32,000 nucleotides of DNA from Mycoplasmoides genitalium G37 (GCF_000027325.1 NC_000908.2:360001-392000), one strand, 5' to 3'. Positions 1 to 14,861 are shown, counted from the first letter of the stretch. Numbers and translations are program-made. The notes: generated by a model from the letters alone, not told the origin.

Positions 1-593
1 ACATAACGATCATTTTCAATGTCCTCAAAGAAAAGTTTTTCACCAATTTTTTTAGGATCAAATTTCTCACCACGATCATAATAGATTTCAGTGCAAGGTC
101 CACAAGGTCCTAAACCTAAGTCTCAAAAGTTACGACTTTTGTCACACTTAATAATGTGATTTTTATCAATTTTATGCTTAATTCATCTTTTATAAGTAGT
201 TTCATCATCTTCATAAACAGTGATATAAAAACGCTTAGGATCTAGCTGATAATAATTAACTAAAAGATCAAAAGCAAAATCAATTGCTTCTGTTTTAAAA
301 TAATCACCGATTGAAAAATTTCCAAGCATCTCAAACAAAGTTTGATGTCTTGAAGTAAAACCCACATTTTCAATATCATTTACCCTTAAACATATCTGTG
401 CATTAACAAGGCGTTTAGATGGTGGTGTTTTTCTAGCACTGAAATAATCTTTTAAAGTAGCAACTCCTGAATTGATTCATAATAATGATGGGTCGTTGAT
501 CGGAATTAGTGATTTTGAAGCTAAAACCAGATGGTCTTTCTTTGCAAAATAATCTAATCAGGTTTGCCTTACTTTATCAGTTGTTCAATTCAT
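1..593 (-). CDS. alaS: Alanyl-tRNA synthetase, N-terminal part (gene runs off the left edge; UGA=Trp)
   Basis: Minus-strand frame from ATG at 593 reads [100 protein letters not shown]..., a typical AlaRS N-terminus. It is in frame with track ORF 183..365. Confidence 0.95.
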
Positions 594-650
594 TGCTTAA
601 TTTTAAATGCAATTTACCAGTGATAAAAATAACTATAGTTCTTTTATTTG

Positions 651-1391
651 CTAATTTATTTTTATTTCAAACTTTTTGTTAGCAATTTGTGCATAAACAT
701 GATTATCAGCTAAGAACTGCTGAAACTTATTTTGACTGTTTACTGTTCATAAATTTAAAGGTAAGTTAAGTTTTTTGATCATTTGGGGATACTTTTCATA
801 TATTTTGGTTCATGGGTGGAGGAATTGACAAATCTTTTGGATTCTAGCTGTACTAATTGTTTCAAACTGTTTTTTAGTCCAAAATAAAAAACCTTTTTTG
901 TAACTATTATCTAAATCATAAACTTTTTGCAAAGATTCAAAGTTAAAGGATGAAAACAAGATCTTATCTATTGCTTTTTTACCATAACCTTTAACTAGGT
1001 CAACAAGCTTCTTTTCAATTCCTAAATATGGTTTTTGATCAGTTTTAATCTCAATATTGATTAACTTAAATTTATCTAAATAAAGATCTAAGAACTCTTT
1101 TAAAGTTAGGATCGATTGAAATTGAATTTTAAGGTGAAAAAAAGCACTATGATCATCTCTTTTTAAACTAACTAATGATTCAAACTCAACCTCCTTATTA
1201 ACTAATGCGGTTCTCAATGTTGTCTCATCATGAATGATAACTAACTGTTCATCTTTAGTTAAATGAACATCAAGCTCTATTCCATCAAAACAATATTCAA
1301 AAGCTAAATCAAATGCTAGTTTGGTGTTTTCTGGAGCAATGAATGAATAACCCCTATGTGCTAAAAGCAATTGCTTGTTATGCATTATCAA
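651..1391 (-). CDS. Glycerophosphodiester phosphodiesterase family protein (UGA=Trp, about 246 aa)
   Basis: [54 protein letters not shown] matches the GDPD motif pattern (HR..EN, E.D, H). The track ORF stops at a TGA (810-812); with TGA=Trp it continues to TAG at 651-653. Confidence 0.9.
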
Positions 1392-2802
1392 GATCTCTTC
1401 AACGGTATGAAGCTTTATTTAATCGTTTAATTTCCATGCTATTTGAGATAAAAACAATTGATCCACATATCAAACCAAACAAAGCAATGGATAAACAAAT
1501 AGCAGCGATAATTTGATAACCAGTGTTACTAGTATTACTTTGTCCTGCAACTGTATATTTCTTACCAACTTCAGCAGTCACAGTGTAAAGTCATCCATCA
1601 GTAGAAAAACCAATAAAACTAAGTAAACCAACACTAGATGCATAGTTATTTTTACCAATATCAATTTCACCTATTTGGTTATATCTGACTGTAACCATTC
1701 CCCATGATAAGATACCAGTAAAGATATAGAGAATGGAAGAGAAAGTAATTAAAGTGATGTTAGCAGAATTTGTTTGTACAAAACCAAGTAGAATAAATGC
1801 TAGAACAAATACAATACCAAGAACAGTACATATCATTAAAAACAAGATATAGCTTTTACACTTATCTGCTAATCTACAAAGATAAACACTAACAGCACTT
1901 CTCAGTGCATAAGTTCTAATTCCCCCAATTACAGTTACTAATACTACAGGCGCTAAAAATGCATTTTGCAACATCTGTAAAAGGTAATAAGCAAAAGTGC
2001 TTTGAAACACATACATCCCCATTAAAAAGAAGGATAGTAACCATAACTTTCAGTTTTTTAAGGTCACTAAAATCTGGTTTAAATTGCGTTTAAAACTTAC
2101 TAAAGTGGTTTGACTTTGTTTTTCAATTGGTTTTTCCTTAACAAAAAACAAAACTGTAAATCCAGTAATTACTAGCATTATGGCAATGATAAAAGCGTAT
2201 GCAGCAAATGGTTTTGAATCAGCATTCTCACTACCTCCTGATGGATAGAAAATGCTGGTAATTATCAATGCAATTAGAAAGATAAATATTAAACCTCATA
2301 TTCCATTAGCAGCTCCCTGAATTCCAAAACCAAGTGCTTGGTTTTCTTTTGTTGCTTGTTGACTAGCTAGTTTTCATAATGGTGTTCAAAAGATTAAAGT
2401 ACTTGTTATCCCTCATAACCCTCATATTACACAATACTGAATAAATAAAGCATCATGGCTTTGTTGGTTTTTAGTTAAGATGTTGGCTGCTAATCAAAAA
2501 GTAATTGCTCCAGTAGTAATTGCTGATAGAAATAACAATTTTCTAGAACTGAAGCGATTTGTTAAAAACCCTCCTGGTAGTTGAGTGGCAAGTGTTACAT
2601 AACCAATGATAGAAGTAACAGTAGCAACTTCATCCTCTGTAATTCCTAAGTACAAGTGGAGGTTAGGAACAACATTCTTAACATAATAGGGTGCAGCAAT
2701 TACAAATACATCAATTGCTCCCAAAATAATTAAGGCAAGAATTTGTTGTTTTGAAAAATCCTTTAAGCGTTTTTTAAATCCTTTTTTTGTTGTCACTATC
2801 AC
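1378..2802 (-). CDS. Multi-pass membrane protein, major facilitator-like transporter (UGA=Trp; GTG start at 2802)
   Basis: Track ORFs 1399..1581, 1591..2022, 2050..2268 and 2494..2802 share one frame. They are rich in hydrophobic TM segments and include the MFS-like [16 protein letters not shown] loop. TAA at 1378-1380. Confidence 0.8.
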
Positions 2803-2919
2803 TAATGATAAAGTGGGATAAATTAAATATACATCTAATAATAAAAGTGGATGGAAGTGAAACGTTCTTCACTTACTTTTAAAAAGAAAAATAATGTTTA
2901 CTAGAAAAACTATTTTTTC

Positions 2920-4023
<1,104 letters not shown>

Positions 4024-4025
4024 TT

Positions 4026-4415
4026 TTAATAAACAGCGTGAATAGCAAACCTGTTTACTAATCTTTGGTGAAATCTATTAGGATTAATGCCTTTTGTAAT
4101 AGCAAGTGCAGAAATAAACACTATTAATGCTTCATAAAAATTTTGACAGCACTGTTGATCACTATCTTTAGGATTTTCTACAACTTTTGCTAGATAATCT
4201 AGCTGTTTAATTACTTCAGTTTGGATAAAAAAACCATCACTTAACATTGGTTTGAAAAAAAATGGTTGGTCATCATAATCATCATCTTCATAAATAACAA
4301 TATTGTCTTGTTCTCGTTTTAAACACAAATTAAAGTTAATGCGAAAAGTCTCAAAATCAACCGCTTGAAATTCAGTTTGTAAAAATTTTTTAAAAGCTAT
4401 AAGTTGTGGTTTCAT
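4026..4415 (-). CDS. Conserved hypothetical protein, 129 aa
   Basis: Complete ORF with ATG at 4415 and TAA at 4026, 2 bp from the mnmA start. No motif recognised. Confidence 0.75.
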   Translation of the reverse strand: MKPQLIAFKKFLQTEFQAVDFETFRINFNLCLKREQDNIVIYEDDDYDDQPFFFKPMLSDGFFIQTEVIKQLDYLAKVVENPKDSDQQCCQNFYEALIVFISALAITKGINPNRFHQRLVNRFAIHAVY

Positions 4416-4534
4416 TACACCAGTCTAAAAAGTTTTAACACTTCTTGTTCAAGATAGCAATCCTTAAACAGTTTATTTCAGTATTACTTAAATAAACTAC
4501 TAACCAAAATACTGTAAAAGGTTTAATTTAAAAA

Positions 4535-5575
4535 CTAATTTTCTTTATTATCTAAGTTTAAGTTATTAAGTAAACCTAAAACATATTTTTCCAGATCAAA
4601 GATAGCTAAATCACTAGTTTTTTCACCAAAACCTATCAGTTTAACAGGCAGGTTAAACATATCTTTAATAGCTAAAATAATTCCACCCTTAGCAGAACCA
4701 TCCATTTTAGTTAAAACAATCCCTGTTAGTTTGGAAAATTCATTAAATACCTTTGCTTGTGATAGTCCTGTTTGACCTACTGTACCATCTAAAACTAAAA
4801 GTGTTTCACTAGGTTCACTTCCACTTACCTTTTGAATAATTTGATAAATTTTTTGCAATTCATTCATTAAGTTAAGCTTGTTTTGCAATCTTCCTGATGT
4901 ATCACATAAAACAAAGTCATATTTATCATCAATCCCTTTCTTTACGCCACGAAAGATAACAGCTGGAGTTTGTTCTTTAGGGTTTGGAAGTACAATGTCA
5001 CAGTTTAACAGCTTTGCTCACTGATTAAGTTGTTCAATGGCTCCTGCTCTAAAAGTATCACCTGCAACAAGTAGAACACGTTTATTTTGTTTTATGAAAA
5101 AATCCGCTATCTTAGCTAAAGTAGTTGTTTTACCAACTCCATTAACACCAACAAAGAGATAAACATTTGTAAAGTTAGGTTTAACTATTAAATCAGTATC
5201 AAAGAGTTTATCTTGGATGTAATAAACAATAATTTGGTCAATAATTAGCTCTTTAATGAGCTGAAAATCTGTAATTCTGTTTAGCTTGATCTGTTCAATA
5301 ATAGCATCACAAATTTTGTTTGCAGCATGATAACCAACATCAAGCAAAACTAGCCCTTCAAATAGATTTTCTTTAAACTGTTCGTCAACATTAACATATC
5401 GTTTTGACAGTTCATTAATAGTTTTAGCGAAAGTTGTAGCAGATTTTTTCAAACCCTGATAGTAAGTTTTATTATTGGTTTGAAAAAGGCTTTGTTTTTC
5501 AACTTCTTCTTTAAGCTGTTTAGCAACTGATTTTTTTGGTTTTAGTTTGGCAATTAACTTGCTTAAAAAGCCCAT
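4535..5575 (-). CDS. ftsY: Signal recognition particle receptor FtsY (UGA=Trp, 346 aa)
   Basis: In-frame pieces 4535..4888 and 5018..5575. SRP-GTPase motifs GVNGVGKTTTLAKIA, DTFRAGA, DTSGRL and TKMDGSAKGG. Confidence 0.95.
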
Positions 5576-5581
5576 TATTAG

Positions 5582-8530
5582 TTAATTAGAATCATTTTCA
5601 GATACATATTTTTCAGCATTTTCAAGTTCAACTGCAAAGGTTTTAGTTACACCTTTAGTTTGCATTGCAGCACCCAATAACATGTCACATTTCATCATTG
5701 TACCTTGACGATGGGTAATAATTAAAAATTGGGTGTTTTTGCTAGCAGTTTTAATGATGTTAGCAAAGCGCTCCACATTAGCAGGATCAAGTGCACTTTC
5801 CGCTTCATCTAAAATAACAAGTGGAAAAGCACTTACTTTCAAAATACTAAATAAAACAGAAAGTGCAACTAAAGTTTTTTCCCCGCCTGATAACAACATT
5901 AAGTTGGCAATATTTTTACCAGGAGGATTTGCAAAGACATCTATCCCTGAAACCAATACATTACTAGGATCAGTGTAACGAATTTGGCAAGAACCACCAC
6001 CAAATAGATATTTGAAAGTTTTTGGCAACTCTTGATTTAATTTTTGGATCAGTTGATCAAACTCATTGCTAGCAATTTCATCAATTTCAGTAATAGCTTT
6101 TTGCAAATTTTCAACTGCTTGTTGAGCTGATTCATATTCAGCGTTAATATCATCAAAGCGCTTTTGCTTTTCACTTATCTCAGCAATTGATTCCATGTTA
6201 ATTACCCCCATTTCATTCAATTGATTTTGTAGTTTAGCAATCTTGTTATGGGCTTGCATAGAAGAGAGTTTAACTGGTTTGTTGTGATTAGCAATAGCAA
6301 ACTCCATTGTCATTTTGTAAACACTGTTAATCTTTTCAGTGATATTTTGGATTGTATTTTCAAACCTAATTTTTCCTTCCCGCGCTGAAACTAATTTAGC
6401 ACGTTGTTCATCTAACAATGCCCTAAGATCAACTATCTTCTCTTCACTTTGTTTAATTGTTTTTGCTAGTTGTAACTTAAGTTCTTGATTAAGCTTTAAC
6501 TTAGAGTTAATTTCATCACGTTTAGCTCAAGCACTATTTAATGAATGGATTAATTCAGCTTCACTAGCAACAGCTTTTTTACCATCAAAAGTTGTGTTAG
6601 TAAGTTGTTCATATTCCATTTTGAGCTCTAAAATAATTTTTTTAATTTGAACAATACGCTCTATAAACTTGGCTTGTAACAACTCTTCATACTTGAGTTT
6701 TCTGTTCATTTCATCTAGCTTTACTTCTAGTTCTGTAAGCTCCTTTTTTAACTCTCGTTCGTTGTTTTCTAGTTTGTTAATGTTCTGTTCATTATCAAGT
6801 GAAGCTGATGATAAATACCCATCACTAAGATTTGTTTTTTCAAATCCACCATTGATAATTCCCCCTGCATAAACTGTCTCACCATCTAAAGTAACGATCC
6901 TATATAACTTGTAAGTATAGTTAGAAAGGTTAATGGCACTATTTAAATCTTTAGCAATAATAACTTGTGCTAAAAGAGTATTTACAACTGGTTGAAACAA
7001 TGGATCACACTTAACATGATCACTACAAACACCAAGAAAACCATCAAGCTGCTTTAAAATTTCCATGTGTTCGTTTGTGATTTTAGTATCACTAGCAACA
7101 TCATCTAAAGGTAAAAAAGTTACTTTACCTATCTCATTTTTGACTAAAAAATCTATTGCTTGGATGGCAGCATTATTGTTGTTAACAACTAGGTAACCAA
7201 TTGATTTTCCAAGTGCTTTTAAGATAGCTTTTTCATACTGCTTATCAAATTTAAGAAATGTTCCTAGTGTATTTAAAATTCCTGTTAAAGCATTAGCATT
7301 TTTAACTAAGATATTGGCATTGTTAGTTTTTTTAAGCTCATTAGTTTGGAGTTCAATAATTGTTTTTAAGGAACGTTGGTAAATTAAATCAGCAGTATTT
7401 TTTTCAATCTGTAACTTTATCTGATCAACAAGTGATTTTTGTTCGTTAATTAGTTTTTCAAGATCAGTGATGGTTGTTTTGGAATTTGATAGTTGGTTTT
7501 CAAAACCATCAAGCTGGGTTTGATCAACTAAAATTAGTTTTTTTAAAGCTGCAGCTTTTTGCTTTTCATCTTTTTGTGAAAAACCTTGTCTTAACTGCAC
7601 ATCAATAATGACTTTACGTTGTTCCAATTCATTGATCTTTTGGTAAATATCTTGTAACTCTTTTTGCAATTCATTAGATTGCATATCAGCACTATGAAAG
7701 CGACTATTAAAGATAACAATCTGTTCTTCTAACAACTCTAGTTGGGGTTCGTGTATTTTAAAGTCATGTTCACTACTGTTAATCTGAAAATTAAACTTAT
7801 CAAGTTCAGTTTGTGCTTGGAGATATTCCCCAACCAAAACAGCAAGTTCCAACTCTTTCAATTCGTTTTTAACCCTAATGAATTGTTGTGCTTTTTCAGC
7901 TTGTAATGTAAGCTTTTTTAAATCTTTTTTCAGTTCATTTAAAACAACGCTAACTTGTTTTAAGTTAATTAAGGTTCGATTTAACTGGTTAACAACTTCT
8001 TCTTTACGCTTGGTATATCTACCAATTCCCGACGCATCTTCAAAGATCTTTCTGCGTTCTTCTGGCTTAGCTTCTACAAATCAAGAGACACTCCCTTGTG
8101 AAATAATTCCAAGTGAACCTTTTTCAAGACCAATATCAGCAAAAATACCGCTAATTTCTTTTAAAGTTGCTGGATTGGAGTTAATAAAATATTCACTCTG
8201 GCCACTCCCTCTATAAACCCTACGCATCACGCTTATCTCTTTTCTTGAATCATGTAATAAACGGTTGGAATTATCAAAGGTTAGCTCTATTTCAGCTAAC
8301 TTACTAGCAGGTTTGTCTTTAGAGCCAAAAAAGATCATATCATCACCTGATTTACTACGGAGATGTTTCATACTTCTCTCCCCTAAAACCCACTTTAATG
8401 CATCAACAACATTGGATTTGCCCGATCCATTAGGACCAACAATACCAGTCATTGAATGGGTAAAATCAATTGTGATTTCATCAGCATATGATTTAAAACC
8501 ATATGCGCGAAAACGTTTTAGAAAAACCAT
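5582..8530 (-). CDS. smc: Chromosome segregation ATPase SMC (UGA=Trp, 982 aa)
   Basis: N-term MVFLKRFRAYGFKSYADEITIDFTHSMTGIVGPNGSGKSNVVDALKWVLGE; coiled coils and hinge (GGI.NGG-like); C-term LSGGEKTLVALSVLFSILKVSAFPLVILDEAESALD. All three pieces share one frame. Confidence 0.97.
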
Positions 8531-8732
8531 TTGTTCTAAAAAGCTTTAATTTGGATGTTGTTATTAGATTATACTAGTTGAAGTAAACTAAACTAGGCTA
8601 ATTATTAGGTTACTAAAAAATAAGCTAATAACGCTTCATTTAAAAAAGCTTCTATGTTTTAATAGTAACTAGTTTATTTAATTTAAAAATTACATTAATT
8701 GCTTTTAGAAAAGCAATATCATTTAAAAGTTT

Positions 8733-9695
8733 TTATTTAATTGCTTGAGCGGCAGTGATAATTCCAACATTAAAAATGTCACTGACACTAGCTCCCCTTG
8801 AAAGATCATTCACTGGACTTGAAAGTCCAAGAACAATAGGACCAATTGCATCATACCCTCCAAGTCTTTGGGCGATTTTATAAGCAATGTTACCAGCATC
8901 TAAATTAGGAAAAACATAGATATTAGCACTATTTTTTCAAGTTAGTTGAGGTGCTTTTTGTAACCTAACCTTTTCAACAAAAGCAGCATCAAACTGGAGC
9001 TCACCACAAACACTTTGATGCAATTCAGGGTGTTTTTCTAAAAATAGTTTAGTTGCTAAAACAACTTTATCCACCATTTCACCCTTACCACTGCCAAGCG
9101 TTGAATAGCTTAAAAAAGCCATTTTTATCTCATCCTCATTTAAACTTTTGGCAAAATTGAAGGTGTTTTCAGCAATTGTTGCTAACTCTTGGGAGTTAGG
9201 ATAAACAGCAAAAGCACAATCAGTGAAGTACAAACGTTCTTCACCTTTTTCCATGATGAAAACACTAGAAACAAAATTACCAGTTGCTAGTAACTGTAAA
9301 GCTGGTCTTAAAGTATCTTTTGTAGCATATTCTTTACCACAAACCTCACCATCAACAACCTTTAGAGCAACTAAGGTAGCAGCTAAAGAACTAGGATCAC
9401 GTACAAACTTTTGTGCTTCTTTTAAATCCATCCCCTTATGCTTACGTTTTTCATAGACAAAGTTAGCATAGCTAGTTAAATCCATCTCATCAATCACATA
9501 ATGAGTTATTTTTTTATCAAAATTTGCAGGGATTTCCTGACGATTATGAAAGATAACTGCAGGTTGGATCAGCTTAGATTCATTAAGCATTTCAACTGCT
9601 TTTAAAACACTTGCTGATCAACCTTCTGGAAAGATAATTACAGGTTTTTTACTAACAGCTTGTAATCGTTTTTTAAAAATATCAATAACACTCAT
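8733..9695 (-). CDS. pta: Phosphate acetyltransferase (UGA=Trp, 320 aa)
   Basis: [26 protein letters not shown]...; [17 protein letters not shown]; C-term ends TAAQAIK. ATG at 9695 and TAA at 8733; track ORF 8937..9590 is internal. Confidence 0.92.
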
Positions 9696-9712
9696 TGTTT
9701 TATTAATTTGGT

Positions 9713-10948
9713 TTAAGAATTTTTTTGAATATCGCTAATACCTACTAACTCTTCCCCACCAATTAGTGCTAAAGAAGCACCACCACCAGTGGAGATAAAA
9801 CTAAACTGATCAGATAGTTGCATTTGCTTAACTGCTGCAGCTGAATCCCCACCACCAATAACGCTAAAAGCAGTTTTATTTTTAGCAATAATCTCACCGA
9901 TTTTTGAAGTTCCTTTAGCAAAGTTAGTAAATTCAAAAACTCCAAGGGGACCGTTTCAAAAGATAGTTTTGGCTGTTTTTAAATAACTTTCAAATAAAGC
10001 AATTGTTTTAGATCCAACATCTAGAGACATATAGGATTGATATTGTTCTTGAATTTTGTCACTAACATCTAAAGTAATGCCAGTTTGATCTTTAAATTCA
10101 GAACCCATTACCTGATCAATTGCCAGCACAATCTTATTATGAGTATCTTTATCCAAGATTTGCTTAGCAACATCAATTAACTCTTTTTCAACTAGGGAAT
10201 TAGCAGTAGCTTTGCCTTTTGCTTTAAGAAAGGTATTTACCATCCCTCCGCCAATTAAGATATTATCAGCAAGTTTTAGTAAGTTTTCAACTACCTTTAG
10301 TTTATCTGATACTTTCGCACCACCCAAAACAACAACAAAGGGTTTTTGTGGGCTTTGAATTAGGTAAGAGAGGTTCTTTAGTTCTTTTTCCATTAAAAAC
10401 CCAATACAGGATTTTGCAACATACTTTGCAATTCCTGCATTAGAAGCATGTTTTCTATGGGCAGTACCAAATGCATCATTAACAAAAATTTCCCCTAAAC
10501 TAGCCCAGAATTTCGCTAGTTCAGGATCATTTTTACTTTCTAATTTAACAATTTCTCCTTTATCGTTTACATCACAATAGCGAGTGTTTTCAAGGAGAAG
10601 GATTTCACCGAATGCTAATGCTTGCACTTTTTGTTTAACTTCAGCACCAGTGTTTTTACAAGAAAATTGAACCTTTACAGTTGGTAAGAGTTGTTGGAGT
10701 AATTCAGCAACCGGCTTTAAAGATTTTTTGTTGTTTAGTTTATCTTCTAAACTCTTAATCCTTGAAAGGTGTGATAGTAGCACTATCTTGCAGTTCTTTT
10801 TAACTAAGAACTTAATAGTATCCAAACCAGCTAAAATTCTTTCACTATCACTAATAACCCCATTGATCATTGGGACATTAAAATCACTTCTTAAAACAAC
10901 GGTTTTGTTTTGAAAATCAATTGCTTGGAGTGTTTTGAAATTAAGCAT
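9713..10948 (-). CDS. pgk: Phosphoglycerate kinase (UGA=Trp; alternative GTG start at 10963)
   Basis: [37 protein letters not shown] and [13 protein letters not shown] motifs. Reads through TGA at 9956 to TAA at 9713 with the GGGASLAL region. Confidence 0.96.
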
Positions 10949-10949
10949 A

Positions 10950-11966
<1,017 letters not shown>

Positions 11967-12056
11967 TTAATTTAATAATTAGATTTTAATACTTTAGCCT
12001 ATTGCAATTAATTCTATCTGTCAAAAATACAGCAAATTATTGCTATTAATTGCTCT

Positions 12057-12947
12057 TAAAAAAATAAAGTTTTGCTTATCAAAATTGAAACTATAATTAG
12101 GATTTTCTCAGTAAACTAAATTCCAGTTATTAGCAATTAATAAAATACTAAATAAAAGTAAACCCACTAATAAAAATACCCCGTTTAATAAGTTGTATTT
12201 TAAAGGATAATGAGTTCTGTTAGTGTTATTTAAATCATAACCTTTAGCTTGTAGAGCAAACGCTGTTGTTTCTGTTTTTTTAACTGTTGAAAGTAATACG
12301 GGAATAAAAAGGGTTTTAATCTTGAAAGGATTTAAAAACGAACACTTGTTATAGATAAAACCTCTAGTAGCTTGAGCTTGTTTAATTCTTATAATTTCAC
12401 TTTTAACAGTTGGGAGTAATTTAAATATAACTGCAAGCAAGATACTAATTGGTTGAACCTTAATATGAAATAACTTAAGAAACTTAAAAAACCTCTCAAC
12501 TGCTCAAGCCAATTCATAGATAGAACTTGAAGTTGTCAGTAAAAAAGAAGCACTGAAAAGCATACTAATCCTTAATGCAATTACAAAGGATCGTAAAAAT
12601 GAACGTAGATTAAAACTTCACCAGCTAACACCACCAAAATTATTACCACCTGAATAGATAAAACTTCCTAAAAAATTATGGTTCTGATCAACGCTTAAAG
12701 CAGTATTTGGTAAAAAGATAAAACCGTTAACAATTACATTAAACCACAAGAAAAATAACATCCAACTCAAAATAATTAATGCACTTTTAACCCTTTTCTC
12801 ACTAATTACAACTAGGGTTAAAAAAACTAAGTTAATAATTACAAGACCATATAATCCTAGCGGTAGAAAAGCAACAACTAAACTAATTAGTCAAAACCAC
12901 AATTTTAGAAGTGGGTCAATTTTGTTTAAAAAACTGGTTTTTTGCAT
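12057..12947 (-). CDS. ECF-type transporter transmembrane (EcfT/CbiQ-like) component (UGA=Trp, 296 aa)
   Basis: Continuous minus-strand frame from ATG at 12947 (MQKTSFLNKIDPLLKLWFWLISLVVAF...) to TAA at 12057; checked codon by codon over 12441..12947. Hydrophobic, with a QAQATRG-like coupling motif (track ORF IKQAQATRGFIYNKC), adjacent to two ABC ATPases. Confidence 0.85.
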
Positions 12948-13999
12948 GAAAATAAGTTTTTTAGTTCACTAATAAGATCATCAAGGTTTTTAATTTCTGC
13001 TTGGTTTTTAAAAGCTATTCCCTTTTCATTAAACATCTTAACTGCTTGGATAATTACTGGAGGGGTGATTCCATATTGCATCAACCAACTGGTGTTTGAA
13101 AAAAAATCATTAACAGTGGTTTGATGAATTATCTTTCCCTGGTGGAGATGGATGATTTTATCAGCAGTTTCAAAGATAAAATCAACATCATGGCTAACAA
13201 TAACAATCCTTGTTGTTTGTTTCATTGCTACTAGCATTTTGCTTAAGTTGCTAATCGCCATTTGATCTAACCCAACAGTAGGTTCATCAAGGATTAAAAA
13301 CTTAACTTGCATTGCTAACACACTAGCTAATGCCAAACGCTTCTTCTGTCCATCGCTTAATTCAATGGGATTTTTTATTAACGGGATGTTTTCCAATCCA
13401 CATAGATCAAGGTATTTTTTGGCATAATTAACATCTTTTTTATGACAAAGTTTAAGGTTCACTGCTCCTGTTAAAACTTCTTCTAAAATAGAATCACAAA
13501 AAAACTGATCTTCTGCTTTTTGCAAAATATAACCAATTTTTTGCTTAAAGTTTTTTGTTATCTTTTGTTGGTATTGGTTTGCAAAATAACAATAATTAGC
13601 ACAATTTATATAGCCAAAACTAGGTTTTTCAAATAAACCTAACTGTTTTATTAGTGTAGTTTTACCACTACCACTTTCACCAAAAATAACTGTAATTTTA
13701 TTAGGTTCTATTACCCCTGAACAACATTTAATGATCTGACCATCATTATGCTTATTGACAAAGACACTAATATTGTTAAAAAACAATGGATCTTGTTCAA
13801 TGTTCAGTAATTTGCTATTAAAAAATGGAATGCTTTTTTTACTGTTTAAAAAGTAAAAAGGATTAATGATTTTATCAACCTTTTTATAAAAAGAAAACAG
13901 TTTTTTTGAATCTAATTTTGCTAGTTTAAGATTCGCTTTTTGAGCTTGAAGATGGTATTTTTGTTCAATTAAATCTAGTTTTATTTGAGGTGTTTGCAT
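12926..13999 (-). CDS. ECF transporter ATP-binding protein (EcfA-like, 357 aa)
   Basis: Walker A GESGSGKTTLI, LSDGQKKRLALASVLAM signature and Walker B LILDEPTVGLD. Long N-terminal extension ahead of Walker A. Confidence 0.88.
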   Translation of the reverse strand: MQTPQIKLDLIEQKYHLQAQKANLKLAKLDSKKLFSFYKKVDKIINPFYFLNSKKSIPFFNSKLLNIEQDPLFFNNISVFVNKHNDGQIIKCCSGVIEPNKITVIFGESGSGKTTLIKQLGLFEKPSFGYINCANYCYFANQYQQKITKNFKQKIGYILQKAEDQFFCDSILEEVLTGAVNLKLCHKKDVNYAKKYLDLCGLENIPLIKNPIELSDGQKKRLALASVLAMQVKFLILDEPTVGLDQMAISNLSKMLVAMKQTTRIVIVSHDVDFIFETADKIIHLHQGKIIHQTTVNDFFSNTSWLMQYGITPPVIIQAVKMFNEKGIAFKNQAEIKNLDDLISELKNLFSCKKPVF

Positions 14000-14793
14000 A
14001 TCCAGTTAACTACATCATTCAATTCAAAACTTAAACTTGGTGTTTTTTTGTTTATTTGTTTAGCCACCTTATGGGCCAATAAAAGTGGAAAAGGGAGATT
14101 AAAGTGGTGGTTATGAAACAAATCAAGCTGCTCATATATCGCTTCAGGAGCAAACTTTTTAATTAGCGATCCTTTACTTAAAAAGATAATCTCATCTGCT
14201 AGAAACAGATCATTAAAATCATGGGTAATATTGATAACTATTTTGTTTTGTTTTTTGATGGTATCAAACACAAATTTTTTAAGTTTATTGCTGATCTTAT
14301 TATCAAGCATACTAAATGCCTCATCAAGCAGATAAATTTGTGGTTTGACAGCCAATAAACAAGCAAAAACAGCACGTTGTTTTTCACCAAATGAAAGTTT
14401 TTTAAGTGGTGTAAATTGTTTATCTTTCAATTCAACAACAGTTAAAACTTCATTAATAATCTTATCCATTTCACTAGCTAAAACTCCATGGTTTTCCAAA
14501 GTAAAAATCAATTCCTGGTGGAGTGTATCAGCAAGTAATTGCACATCAGGGTCTTGTAATAAGATTCCAATCTTATTAAAACCAACAGAAGTCAACTCCT
14601 TATCATTGAAAAAGATAGTTCCTTTTTTAGCTTTTAGAAATCCGCCAAGGAGTTTAACTAGGGTTGATTTACCTGAACCGTTATGACCTATTACTGCTAA
14701 ATGACACCCATCTTGAACATTAAAACTAATCTGATTTAACACATTGTTTTGGTGTTTTGGGTATTTAAAACTGAGGTTTTTAACTTGTAGCAA
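13981..14793 (-). CDS. ECF transporter ATP-binding protein (EcfA-like, 270 aa; TTG start)
   Basis: MLQVKNLSFKYP..., Walker A GHNGSGKSTLVKLLGGFL, LSFGEKQRAVFACLLAVKPQIYLLDEAFSMLD. Overlaps the neighbouring ATPase start. Confidence 0.88.
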   Translation of the reverse strand: MLQVKNLSFKYPKHQNNVLNQISFNVQDGCHLAVIGHNGSGKSTLVKLLGGFLKAKKGTIFFNDKELTSVGFNKIGILLQDPDVQLLADTLHQELIFTLENHGVLASEMDKIINEVLTVVELKDKQFTPLKKLSFGEKQRAVFACLLAVKPQIYLLDEAFSMLDNKISNKLKKFVFDTIKKQNKIVINITHDFNDLFLADEIIFLSKGSLIKKFAPEAIYEQLDLFHNHHFNLPFPLLLAHKVAKQINKKTPSLSFELNDVVNWICKHLK

Positions 14794-14861
14794 ACTAAGC
14801 TTATTTATAAATTTTAAAAATAAGTCAGAGCTAAAAATCTGTTTTTTGGTAGATAAAAAAC

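Noticed and set aside
631-640. Small AACTATAGTT palindrome between alaS and the GDPD gene
   Set aside because: Too short and AT-rich to support as a terminator or operator in such a low-GC sequence.
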